This document shows, piece after piece, positions 45,499 to 54,426 of a stretch of DNA of 56,684 nucleotides (position 1 is the stretch's first letter; every line of letters starts with the position of its first letter). The translations under genes were made by a program, and so were the position numbers. Source of the DNA: a virus (lineage: Duplodnaviria > Caudoviricetes); the IMG/VR virus record IMGVR_UViG_3300026518_000013, positions 1-56,684 of that record. One strand, written 5' to 3'. The notes under the pieces are model-generated. The model was not told the DNA's origin, ran no database searches, and saw only the letters and a program-made list of their open reading frames with translations.

Positions 45499-47079
45499 TC
45501 AAAAATAACTGGTAATAACTGGGCGTCCACGTTTTAAATCTTGTAAAACATATACCATTTTATGAGTTAAACCCCCCTCCCTAACCAATAATTCATTTAT
45601 ACGCAAAACACCTAATTTCTTTTCCCGGCCACTTTTATCCTGACTCATTCCATACATTGCTGTTACATGGGCGTATTTACGTTTATCCTCCGAATAATTA
45701 CTTAAACTTATAGTGTCAGAATCATATGCTTTCGCGTCTGTTTGAGTCGCTGTGATTAATAAACAATTATATTTTTGTGACAATCCACGTAATTGTTTCC
45801 ATATTTCATTCTGAGACTGTCTAAAATCCCGATATTTATTACACACCAACAAATCAGCATAATCAATTATAATAATATCCGGTACATAATTATTTTCTAA
45901 TTTCCATTGCTTTATTTGTTGGTCTATCAAAGAAACTGTTAATGTTCCATTAGAGTAAGTTAATAACTTAAATTGATGCTTATTTTTAATAAAAAATTTA
46001 CGATACTTTATTTTTGCTTGTTTTAATGTTAATGGATTACCCAAATCAATTGGTTTTAATAACACTGTTCCCCAATTACTACTTTTAAATTGCTTACAAT
46101 TATAACAAGCCTTGTATTCTGGTTGTTCTTTTATTGCCTCTATCAAATCCTCATATGTTACTTTTACCCGTAAATCTTGTGGCATGTAATTAGCATCTAA
46201 AAATAATCCAAAATTACATTCTCTTTCTGAACGATTACATTGGTCCAGTTGATTATATATACAATCCTTTACAGGAGTATATTGTTTACCTACAAATTCA
46301 GACATCGAACTTTTTCTTGCTAAATAAGTAGCAATACGGATTAATTGTTGATTTTGACTCATATCTCCGGCCTGTATAAATAATACCTTACGATGTTGAT
46401 GCAAAGCAAGCATCCCCAAATGCAATAACATAAAAGTCTTTCCCCGCTTTTCTGGTGCCATTAATCCAACAAAAGCACCTCGAACCATTTGATTATTCCA
46501 TAATTCTCCCAATGCCCCAGATGACTTAATTAAATTTTGTCGATCAGTTGTAAATGCTTCCACTAAATTTTTAATTGAATTAGAATTACTTAAATCTAAT
46601 TCTTGTACCAAATCATCATCTTTTTGGACCTGTGACAAATACTCTAATATAGACTTATCTGCTTGTTGTATATCATTTTTTTCGAGATACTCCTGTAATT
46701 TCTCCTGTAATAACTCTAATTTACGCCTTTGAATAAATTGATCTGTGACCTGTTCCAAGTAATCCCGGGAAATTAATAAACCTTCAATAAATTTTTGTAA
46801 GTCCTCAAAAATATCTTGTTCAATTTCAGAGGCTATAACTTCCGGAATAGCATCTAACTTTACCTGTTGGTAATACCAAACTTGAAAATCATTACCAAAT
46901 ACTTGCCCAGTTTGTAAATAGTGTTTTCTAACAACACTAAATAAAAAACGAGCGGTATCAACTTGAAAAAAATCCTTTTGAAGAATATCAATATATTTTT
47001 TTATGTACTCTAAACTCCCTACCAGTCCCAAAATAACATATTTTTCAATTGAAACCGGTTCATCATTTTGCTTCTTCAT
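45499..47079 (-). CDS. dnaB: DnaB-like replicative helicase with Cys-rich insertion
   Basis: APEKRGKT, IIIDYADLL, LITATQ. Confidence 0.85.
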   Translation of the reverse strand: MKKQNDEPVSIEKYVILGLVGSLEYIKKYIDILQKDFFQVDTARFLFSVVRKHYLQTGQVFGNDFQVWYYQQVKLDAIPEVIASEIEQDIFEDLQKFIEGLLISRDYLEQVTDQFIQRRKLELLQEKLQEYLEKNDIQQADKSILEYLSQVQKDDDLVQELDLSNSNSIKNLVEAFTTDRQNLIKSSGALGELWNNQMVRGAFVGLMAPEKRGKTFMLLHLGMLALHQHRKVLFIQAGDMSQNQQLIRIATYLARKSSMSEFVGKQYTPVKDCIYNQLDQCNRSERECNFGLFLDANYMPQDLRVKVTYEDLIEAIKEQPEYKACYNCKQFKSSNWGTVLLKPIDLGNPLTLKQAKIKYRKFFIKNKHQFKLLTYSNGTLTVSLIDQQIKQWKLENNYVPDIIIIDYADLLVCNKYRDFRQSQNEIWKQLRGLSQKYNCLLITATQTDAKAYDSDTISLSNYSEDKRKYAHVTAMYGMSQDKSGREKKLGVLRINELLVREGGLTHKMVYVLQDLKRGRPVITSYF

Positions 47080-47704
47080 AATGCCTCAAATCTTCATTTT
47101 CTAAACTAACCAATAAACAAGTCTCTTTTATACGACTGGTAATACGCCGGTCATTCAAATGTTTTACCAAATCCGGTAAAGTATAATTACTGGTAATGAT
47201 GATTGGTTTCATATTTTCATATCTATTATTAATTATCAAATATAAAACTTGATATACCCATTGACTAACTTTCTCCACACCCAAATCATCCAAAACCAAT
47301 AAATTCAATTGAGAATACTTTTCAATCAATTGTTTTTCACTTAACTCCTGACCATCTTCAAAACTGGAACGTATATCTAAAAATAAATCAGGGACAGATA
47401 TAAAAGCCCAAGTTAAATTTAACCCAGTGTCAACATAAGCATTTTTAAGCGTTGTAAGCAATATTTTGGCCGCTAATATAGTTTTACCTGACCCAACAGG
47501 TCCAAATAAAAAGTAACCCTGTTTCCTCGCGTCATACATAGTGTTTTCGTATTGACCAATAATAGACTTAATGCGTGGGGTTAATTTATCCAATAATTTT
47601 GGATAAATTAACTTTTCCCACTTATTGCTACGATTACAAAATTCACAATATTGCCGGAAATACTCTCGACCACATACCTGACATATTTTTGATTTTACCA
47701 TCAT
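47063..47704 (-). CDS. dnaC: DnaC/IstB-like helicase loader
   Basis: N-terminal Cys4, GPVGSGKT, LVLDDLG, IITSN, RITSRI. Confidence 0.9.
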   Translation of the reverse strand: MMVKSKICQVCGREYFRQYCEFCNRSNKWEKLIYPKLLDKLTPRIKSIIGQYENTMYDARKQGYFLFGPVGSGKTILAAKILLTTLKNAYVDTGLNLTWAFISVPDLFLDIRSSFEDGQELSEKQLIEKYSQLNLLVLDDLGVEKVSQWVYQVLYLIINNRYENMKPIIITSNYTLPDLVKHLNDRRITSRIKETCLLVSLENEDLRHYEEAK

Positions 47705-47710
47705 ATTTTT

Positions 47711-48529
47711 TTATTTTTGAATTTTTGTTGTAATTACTTTGGCTCCATTCATTATACCCTCAATTTCATTATCATCCAAATTATCCCAACCGGAAGAGTA
47801 ATCATTTAACCAACCATAATTATTTAACCAAGTGGTCGGATGTGGTATATATTTTTCATTTTGCCATTGTTTAGTTTTTTTCTGTCGTTCTAATGCATTT
47901 CTAATTTGGTCAAATGTTGGTTTATCTTTTTTATTACATAATTTTTCCCAACTTTTAAGTGCTTTACCTTTATTAATTTTTCTTGGATATATTTCCCAAA
48001 ATTTATCAAATATTTTATTTGTTATTTTTGGTAATTGACGTTTAAGTTTTTGGGAATTTTTGTTATTTTGACCAATAAAAAATTTATTATTATTATTTTT
48101 ATTATTATTATAATAGGTCAGTTCCGCGATTCCCACGGGACCAGTTCCGTGATTTTCACGGGTCTTGACCTTTGAATTTCGCGGAACTGACGGTTCCCGT
48201 AATATCGATAAGGTTTCTAAAATTTTATCTTCATTAATTTTGTAATAATTTTTTGCTGGTACACCTTGTTTTTTAATAAGAAGAAATCCACTTTTTTGTA
48301 AATTATTAATTAGTAACCGGAGTTTATATTCACCAATATCTAATTGTTGTTGTAGTTCCTGCTGTAAATTAAAAAAATAACCATCGTCGGTTAACATATT
48401 TTTTTTCTTAAAATATTCCTGCTTACTTATTAGGTCGGCTAATAAAATTGTTTCCATTAGCCCAATTTTTTTGGCTAACTTTTTATTTACTGTCCAATAA
48501 GCATCGGACGATAAAATATGGTATAACAT
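47711..48529 (-). CDS. Replication initiator (lambda O / replisome organiser-like)
   Basis: N-terminal wHTH (GVPAKNYY); FDKFWEIYPRK...IPHPTTWLN; internal iterons. Confidence 0.85.
   Translation of the reverse strand: MLYHILSSDAYWTVNKKLAKKIGLMETILLADLISKQEYFKKKNMLTDDGYFFNLQQELQQQLDIGEYKLRLLINNLQKSGFLLIKKQGVPAKNYYKINEDKILETLSILREPSVPRNSKVKTRENHGTGPVGIAELTYYNNNKNNNNKFFIGQNNKNSQKLKRQLPKITNKIFDKFWEIYPRKINKGKALKSWEKLCNKKDKPTFDQIRNALERQKKTKQWQNEKYIPHPTTWLNNYGWLNDYSSGWDNLDDNEIEGIMNGAKVITTKIQK
48050..48200. promoter_or_regulatory. Putative replication origin: three 21-bp iterons plus an AT-rich tract
   Basis: CAGTTCCGYGAtt.cacgg at 48119 and 48142 (direct) and 48169-48189 (inverted); adjacent (TTA)n run. 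Confidence 0.75.
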
Positions 48530-48595
48530 ATGTTTAAAAATTTGATTTTAACTCATAATATATATTACCGTTAATTTTTCTTTCCTTATTTAACA

Positions 48596-49516
48596 TTATA
48601 TAACTAATTGACCGGCATATTGATTTAAAATTTCATTAACTATTTTTTGAGCCTGTAAATTGGTTAATTCGCCGGGGTCTTTTGCCGGTACCCTATATCT
48701 AAAAGCATTAACACCGGCAAATTTTAATTTAGCAATCAATTGTTGTGCTTTTGCTTCCGCTTGTGGTTCATTGTCATACATAACCACAATAGTATCAAAA
48801 TACTTAACCATTTGCCTAACTTGTTCCCGGGTAAACTCAATACCAAAAGTAGCAAATGATAAAGGACCAATTTTCCAAACGTCAGTTACCCCTTCAACAC
48901 AAATTCCAAAACGCAACCAATGACTTTGTTTGCCATATAAAATATGTTTATGATGAATTTTTTCATAATTTTCCGGACATACTAAATAACGATAACTGGT
49001 TTTACCTGTAAAATCACGGGCAACAAACGACACATTTTCTCCTTCCCATTCAATTGGAATTATTAACCGGTTTGCATAATTATGTGTACCTAACATAGAA
49101 ACTGGTCCGGAAGCTTTAACCCCCCAAAATTGTTTAATATAGATAGGATCAAATCCTCTATTATGCAAATATTTTCTATGTGTTTTTAAAAAATAAGGAA
49201 ATAAATTTGATGGGAATTTAAAATCATTTTTAGTTATCTTTTTTTGAATTACCTTATTTTTGCCACCATATTCATTAATAATATCCCTTGCTTCTAAATA
49301 AGGAATATTCAAAAGAGCGGAAATAGTTTTGATAACCGGATGAAAACCACAGCGCCAACAATAAAAATAATTGTGACGCAAATTATACCCTAAATGATAA
49401 CCCGGATTTCCAGTACAAAAGGGACATTCCACATTAACCCATCCAGGCCTACAATGTTTATGTCCCTCCGTTTTGTAATCCAGGTTATAATCCTGATATA
49501 AATCAATTATTTTCAT
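48596..49516 (-). CDS. DNA primase (Zn finger + TOPRIM)
   Basis: CPFC...CWRC, CVEGVTD, YDNE, KDPGE. Confidence 0.88.
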   Translation of the reverse strand: MKIIDLYQDYNLDYKTEGHKHCRPGWVNVECPFCTGNPGYHLGYNLRHNYFYCWRCGFHPVIKTISALLNIPYLEARDIINEYGGKNKVIQKKITKNDFKFPSNLFPYFLKTHRKYLHNRGFDPIYIKQFWGVKASGPVSMLGTHNYANRLIIPIEWEGENVSFVARDFTGKTSYRYLVCPENYEKIHHKHILYGKQSHWLRFGICVEGVTDVWKIGPLSFATFGIEFTREQVRQMVKYFDTIVVMYDNEPQAEAKAQQLIAKLKFAGVNAFRYRVPAKDPGELTNLQAQKIVNEILNQYAGQLVI

Positions 49517-50009
49517 ATAATACCTGTTTCATGTCTCGAAATGCACTGTAAATTCGTGGCCAAGTCCAACCTTTTTCTCTCAATTCTTTTTTTAATTGTC
49601 CCCGAATATATTTTGGAGGTTTTCCAATATATTGATGAGGATTAGTGATAATCATATTAGCTATGATTTTTGCATCTTTTGAAAATTGGTCTTCCAATTC
49701 CCAATAATACCCAACTTTCGTGCTTTGATTGACCTGATTTAATTCTACTTGAACCGGCATTTTTTCCTGATGTGCAAAATTAATAAGGGCACTTTTTATG
49801 CGAATATAAGCCCAAGTTGAAAATTTGGTTTTAGATTCCGGTTCATACGTATTTATTGCTTCGGCGTAGGCTAACATTGCTTCGGCGTATAATTCGTCAT
49901 ATTCAATTCCAGTGGTAGAATTAAATGACCAAGCAAGTTGTCGGGCAATACCTAAATCTTTTAATTGAACTTTTGATTTTGATTGAGGAAATTTTGTACG
50001 TTTCATCAT
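49503..50009 (-). CDS. Sigma-70 region 2-like phage sigma factor
   Basis: EYDELYAEAMLAYAEAINTYEP...KFSTWAYIRIKSAL. Confidence 0.8.
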   Translation of the reverse strand: MMKRTKFPQSKSKVQLKDLGIARQLAWSFNSTTGIEYDELYAEAMLAYAEAINTYEPESKTKFSTWAYIRIKSALINFAHQEKMPVQVELNQVNQSTKVGYYWELEDQFSKDAKIIANMIITNPHQYIGKPPKYIRGQLKKELREKGWTWPRIYSAFRDMKQVLYENN

Positions 50010-50010
50010 T

Positions 50011-50229
50011 TTAATACTTTATTTCAAAAACATCTAAAATCTCATACCCTTGTTCTACAAGGGTATCTTTCCCCTCCAATGAATTGAAGAGGAATAATTC
50101 AGCCCCTTCCCAGGAATCTGGATGATGGGCTATAATGGCAAACTTCTCAGAATGCCCCACTATTTCATCCCCAAAGGGGGTAAGTGGGGTTTCTTTTTCA
50201 AAAATGTCATTATAATTTATTTTTTTCAT
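50011..50229 (-). CDS. Hypothetical protein
   Basis: 72 aa ORF. Confidence 0.7.
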   Translation of the reverse strand: MKKINYNDIFEKETPLTPFGDEIVGHSEKFAIIAHHPDSWEGAELFLFNSLEGKDTLVEQGYEILDVFEIKY

Positions 50230-50249
50230 GATTTTTTTGTTTTTGATTA

Positions 50250-50378
50250 TTAAAATTTTATTTGCGAAGGTTTACAATCAAAATAAATAACAATTCCTGG
50301 GAAATTTAAACTTTTAGAATAATAACCCACTTGAATAACATGTGGAAGCTTACGAATTGGTGATTTTTGCGTTTTCAT
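50250..50378 (-). CDS. Small hypothetical protein (42 aa, not in the ORF track)
   Basis: MKTQKSPIRKLPHVIQVGYY...; AAAAAGCC-ATGAAA leader like the other early genes. Confidence 0.55.
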   Translation of the reverse strand: MKTQKSPIRKLPHVIQVGYYSKSLNFPGIVIYFDCKPSQIKF

Positions 50379-50390
50379 GGCTTTTTGTTT

Positions 50391-50621
50391 TTATAATTCA
50401 TTAACTATTTTTACTAAGTCTACTTTATGTAATGTATAATTTTTTGGAAGTTGTACAACTTCCTGATTAGCCAATTTAATAGCTTTAAATTCATTATCTG
50501 AATAATTACCTAAAAACATATAAATTGTATCACTATAAAGAGTGTGTTTTGCATCAATATAAAACAGGTCTTTTAATTTTAAAGTTTCCCAATTTTTGAA
50601 GTTTGATTTTTGTGCTTTCAT
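50391..50621 (-). CDS. Early protein, paralogue of the C-terminal half of 53199..53669
   Basis: W..LK..DLFY...YMFLG....FKAI shared. Confidence 0.8.
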   Translation of the reverse strand: MKAQKSNFKNWETLKLKDLFYIDAKHTLYSDTIYMFLGNYSDNEFKAIKLANQEVVQLPKNYTLHKVDLVKIVNEL

Positions 50622-50651
50622 GACTTTTTGTTTTTTGGTTAATTACTAATG

Positions 50652-50683
50652 CAAATATACTATCATTTTTATATAAAAAGCAA
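50652..50683 (-). promoter_or_regulatory. Early promoter TTG-N21-TATATTTG
   Basis: 53 bp identical to 25046-25098. Confidence 0.8.
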
Positions 50684-50716
50684 GTCATTTGGTTAAAAAT
50701 TTAGTTAAAAAGTAAA

Positions 50717-50735
50717 ATTTATAATAATTCTAAAT
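50717..50735. promoter_or_regulatory. 19-bp palindromic operator
   Basis: ATTTATAATAATTCTAAAT. Confidence 0.55.
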
Positions 50736-50739
50736 AACA

Positions 50740-52368
50740 TCAACTAATTAACTTATCAACCAACAAATTGAACAAATTATTTTCATCAATACCTTTGCCA
50801 TCCACCACACTATTTATAACTTTCTTTTTTTCAGCTAACAATTGGGCAAGTGTTTGATCAATGGTTCCTTTTGCTAATAAATAATGTATCATTACCGGAT
50901 TTTTCTGACCAATACGATGACATCTATTCTCAGCCTGCTCCAATTCACCTGGTGTCCAAGGTAATTCTACAAAAGCAATATTTGAAGCTGCAGTTAAAGT
51001 AATTCCCACACCAGCCGCTTGTATATTTCCAATGAATAATTTAATACCAGGTTCATTTTGAAAAATATCTACCAAATCTTGTTTTTTACGACTATTAATA
51101 TTTCCATTTACTTTAACACTAATATTAGAAAATTTTTTATTTATAGTATTTAGTAATTCCTGATGAATGCCAAATACTACTAATTTTTGATCTGAATCTT
51201 CTAAAAAATTAGAAATCCAATTAATAACATTTTTTTGTTTACCTTTTGCTGCCAAAGACCGTAAGTAAGTTATTTTAACTAATGTTTCAGCATTAACAGC
51301 TTTTTGTGCAGCTTTTTGACTTTTAGTATGTTTCAACCAATTAACTAAATCATATTCTGCAGTTTTATATTCTTGAAAATTATCTATTTCTAAAGGAATA
51401 TAATTCCAATTTTTTTCAGGCAATTGTTTTAATACTTGCTGTTTAGTATGTCGTATCATTAAAATACCATTGATCATTTGATGTAATTCTTTTGTATGAG
51501 AAGCCCCAGAAAAATCCCAACCATAACCATTATGTTTTGCATTACAATAACGCATTGCATATTGAAATCGATTTGGAAATAGATTCGGTTTTAAAATTTT
51601 CAATAAATTATAAAATTCGATAGGACGAGAAGTGATAGGGGTACCAGTCAACGCAATAAAATGAGAAGTATTTTTAGCAAGTATTTTTATTGCTTTAGTT
51701 CGTTTAGTATTATTATTTTTATAATAATGTGCTTCATCAGTAATTATAATTTGAAAATTTTTTTGTTTTAAAATTGATACCCAATCAAATAAAATATCAT
51801 AATTTATAATATAATAATCTGCTTTAGGTAATAAACCAGGGGTCCTGCTCGATATTATATATGTTTCCTTTTTTATTGGGAACCATTTATTAATTTCATT
51901 TTCCCAATTATATTTTACAACAGCCGGACATATTATGAGAACCGGCATCAATTCCGGATGCATATATGACCAAGCGAGTGCCTGAATAGTTTTTCCCAAT
52001 CCCATTTCATCAGCAATTAAAGCCCGTCCTTTTCTTTTTTCTAAAAAAAGAATTCCACTTTTTTGATAAGGATATAATTCAAAATTAAATTTTGGAATTT
52101 GAGCAAAACTATATTTTTTAATTTCTTTTTTATTTTTTAAATACCAATTATTTAAATCAATTGAAAAATTAAAACCTAATTCTTTTAAAACCATTAAATT
52201 TTCAATATTTAAAGGGGCTTCCCAATTTTTAGTTAAAGAATTAAAACTACGTCCCTTAATTTCAGCTTTTATAAATGCAATTATTTGATAATCAAAAGAA
52301 AATTTAATTTCAATTAAATTTTTTTCTTTATTATAACTAACAAATTTACCAGAATATGTAATACTCAT
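50740..52368 (-). CDS. SNF2-family helicase (HARP/SMARCAL1-like)
   Basis: ADEMGLGKT, DEAH, LTGTP, QAENRCHRIGQ. Confidence 0.93.
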   Translation of the reverse strand: MSITYSGKFVSYNKEKNLIEIKFSFDYQIIAFIKAEIKGRSFNSLTKNWEAPLNIENLMVLKELGFNFSIDLNNWYLKNKKEIKKYSFAQIPKFNFELYPYQKSGILFLEKRKGRALIADEMGLGKTIQALAWSYMHPELMPVLIICPAVVKYNWENEINKWFPIKKETYIISSRTPGLLPKADYYIINYDILFDWVSILKQKNFQIIITDEAHYYKNNNTKRTKAIKILAKNTSHFIALTGTPITSRPIEFYNLLKILKPNLFPNRFQYAMRYCNAKHNGYGWDFSGASHTKELHQMINGILMIRHTKQQVLKQLPEKNWNYIPLEIDNFQEYKTAEYDLVNWLKHTKSQKAAQKAVNAETLVKITYLRSLAAKGKQKNVINWISNFLEDSDQKLVVFGIHQELLNTINKKFSNISVKVNGNINSRKKQDLVDIFQNEPGIKLFIGNIQAAGVGITLTAASNIAFVELPWTPGELEQAENRCHRIGQKNPVMIHYLLAKGTIDQTLAQLLAEKKKVINSVVDGKGIDENNLFNLLVDKLIS

Positions 52369-52664
52369 TTTAATTGATTATTTAAATAATATTTTTTTAT
52401 TTGTTTTTCAAAATTTTTTCTTTTTCGATATACTTGTTGAGGATGATAAAGTAAAATATGTCTACCATGCCATTTTTGTATTGCATTTTTAGAAATCATT
52501 GCGTAATTTGCAATATAATAACGACATATTTGTTGAACTTGTTTCAATTTTTGTTGACATTGCAAAAATTTAATATGTTCCTGCCTATACTTATAATTTT
52601 GTTGTATAGCGGCAGCAAAAACAATGAATATAATTAACCAAACTGTAATACTAATTTTTTTCAT
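52365..52664 (-). CDS. Membrane-anchored hypothetical protein
   Basis: N-terminal hydrophobic segment. Confidence 0.6.
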   Translation of the reverse strand: MKKISITVWLIIFIVFAAAIQQNYKYRQEHIKFLQCQQKLKQVQQICRYYIANYAMISKNAIQKWHGRHILLYHPQQVYRKRKNFEKQIKKYYLNNQLK

Positions 52665-52936
52665 AGAGCGTAATATTTGAAACCATTCTTAAAAATAGTT
52701 TTATGTTTTATCTTCAATAACGCATAAAATTGTTCTGCATTAGCCCTTGCCATTGCAGTTGAATAGTCACCACTAAGAACAGCTTTCCAAAACCAACTAT
52801 TTGTTTCAATGTATTGATTTTTGGCAAGTTTTCTTAAAAACATTTTTGCGGTATAACTTGATTTTTTAGTCTTTACTAAAACATGTAACATTTGATGTTT
52901 TAATTTTTGTTTGTTAGCAGGTTTTGTACGTATCAT
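52661..52936 (-). CDS. Hypothetical protein
   Basis: Starts MIRTK; FWKAVLSGDYSTAMARA. Confidence 0.7.
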   Translation of the reverse strand: MIRTKPANKQKLKHQMLHVLVKTKKSSYTAKMFLRKLAKNQYIETNSWFWKAVLSGDYSTAMARANAEQFYALLKIKHKTIFKNGFKYYAL

Positions 52937-53190
52937 AATTCAATAATAACTTTTACATTTTTATAAATAAAACCATTTTTTATCAAAAAAATCTGCGTTG
53001 GAAATTCCCTTTTTAATTGTATATAAGTTTTACGCAATATTTTACGCGTAATATGTAAAGAAGGAAAATATACTTTATATGTATCCGCTATTTTTTCAAA
53101 CATACCAAAAATGTCAACCCGGAGTACAATATCAAATTGTACTTCCGGATTTATTTTTGCATTATTTAATATAATTATATTTGTTCTCAT
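52933..53190 (-). CDS. Hypothetical protein
   Basis: 85 aa ORF starting MRTN. Confidence 0.65.
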   Translation of the reverse strand: MRTNIIILNNAKINPEVQFDIVLRVDIFGMFEKIADTYKVYFPSLHITRKILRKTYIQLKREFPTQIFLIKNGFIYKNVKVIIEL

Positions 53191-53198
53191 TTTTATTT

Positions 53199-53669
53199 TT
53201 ATTTTGTTCGCATTAAAGTAGTTATACCAAATTTACGTCTTAATTGAATATAATCAATTTTATAAATAGAAAAATTCTTTGCTAAACCAATAGCACTCTG
53301 AGTATTAATATCAATTGCTTTAAAATAAGCCGGCGACCGATCCCCTAAAAACATATAAGTACTTTTGAAATTCTCTACATAAAACAAATCACCTGGTTTT
53401 AATTTATTCCATTCAATAGACTTTTTATTAAAATTTTCATCAAATCCAACAATTGCCACAATATATGGTTTTGAATTAATAGGATTACGATAAACAGGAA
53501 CCCGAATTGAATCTCCATTTTCCCGAATCGCTATAAAACGGGAACGATTCATTTTAACAAAAGTAACAATTTCACCATCAATTAATTTAACGCAAGTACC
53601 AGTTTTAATGTCCTTAAATTGAACTTTACCTTGTATCCCTACTGGTAATAAATAAGTTTGTGCTTTCAT
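53199..53669 (-). CDS. Early two-domain (SH3-like) protein
   Basis: Paralogous to 50391..50621; ends LMRTK. Confidence 0.75.
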   Translation of the reverse strand: MKAQTYLLPVGIQGKVQFKDIKTGTCVKLIDGEIVTFVKMNRSRFIAIRENGDSIRVPVYRNPINSKPYIVAIVGFDENFNKKSIEWNKLKPGDLFYVENFKSTYMFLGDRSPAYFKAIDINTQSAIGLAKNFSIYKIDYIQLRRKFGITTLMRTK

Positions 53670-53685
53670 GATTTTAAATTTTTAT

Positions 53686-54009
53686 TTATTTTCTCATTGT
53701 TATAAATTCCTGAATGCTATATTTTTTGTAATTTTTGAAGGGGTACATTTCTTTTTGGAATTCTCTATAATATTTTGATTTTTCCGTAGCACCAGCCCAA
53801 GTTGGCAAGGAATAAATATATTGGAATTGATTAAGACCACTATCATAAAAATAATAATGATAAATATTACCCCAATTTCCACCAGGAGCAGACTTAATTA
53901 CAACTGCAGATGGATAAACCCATCCGTTTTTAACATTTTCAACAACCCGGTCCATATAAGAACCTGTGTTTGCAATTTTGCGATTTTCTTTTTTAATTTG
54001 TGATTTCAT
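53686..54009 (-). CDS. Early hypothetical protein
   Basis: AAAAGTC-ATGAAA leader. Confidence 0.75.
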   Translation of the reverse strand: MKSQIKKENRKIANTGSYMDRVVENVKNGWVYPSAVVIKSAPGGNWGNIYHYYFYDSGLNQFQYIYSLPTWAGATEKSKYYREFQKEMYPFKNYKKYSIQEFITMRK

Positions 54010-54017
54010 GACTTTTT

Positions 54018-54308
54018 TTATTTATGGTAAATCTTTTTGATTGCTTGCTTAAACATAACATTGAGTGATTCTGCATAAGTCTTACGTTGACTTTCAGGAC
54101 TAACATAACTTAAACTTTTAAGCCAGTTAGAAACTGGTAAATCGGCAGGAAATAAAATAACTTCCAATCCATTATCGGTAAATAAATATACTTTAGAAGG
54201 ATTGAGACCGTTACGTAATCCGGTCACAATCTTAAATTTTTTACCATTAAACTCAACGATTTCCCGGAGCTCTTTTCCATTCCATTGTTTTTCTAATAAT
54301 GTTTTCAT
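54018..54308 (-). CDS. Early hypothetical protein
   Basis: First gene after an early promoter. Confidence 0.75.
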   Translation of the reverse strand: MKTLLEKQWNGKELREIVEFNGKKFKIVTGLRNGLNPSKVYLFTDNGLEVILFPADLPVSNWLKSLSYVSPESQRKTYAESLNVMFKQAIKKIYHK

Positions 54309-54333
54309 GACTTTTTATTTTTAAATTCTAATG

Positions 54334-54364
54334 CAAATATACTATGATATTTTACAAAAAGCAA
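54334..54364 (-). promoter_or_regulatory. Early promoter TTG-N20-TATATTTG
   Basis: Near-identical to 27673-27703. Confidence 0.8.
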
Positions 54365-54376
54365 GTATTTTTTAAA

Positions 54377-54395
54377 ATTTAGAATGATTCTAAAT
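54377..54395. promoter_or_regulatory. Perfect 9-1-9 palindromic operator
   Basis: ATTTAGAAT-G-ATTCTAAAT. Confidence 0.65.
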
Positions 54396-54426
54396 AAAAT
54401 AAATAACATAAAAAAATGACAAACTT

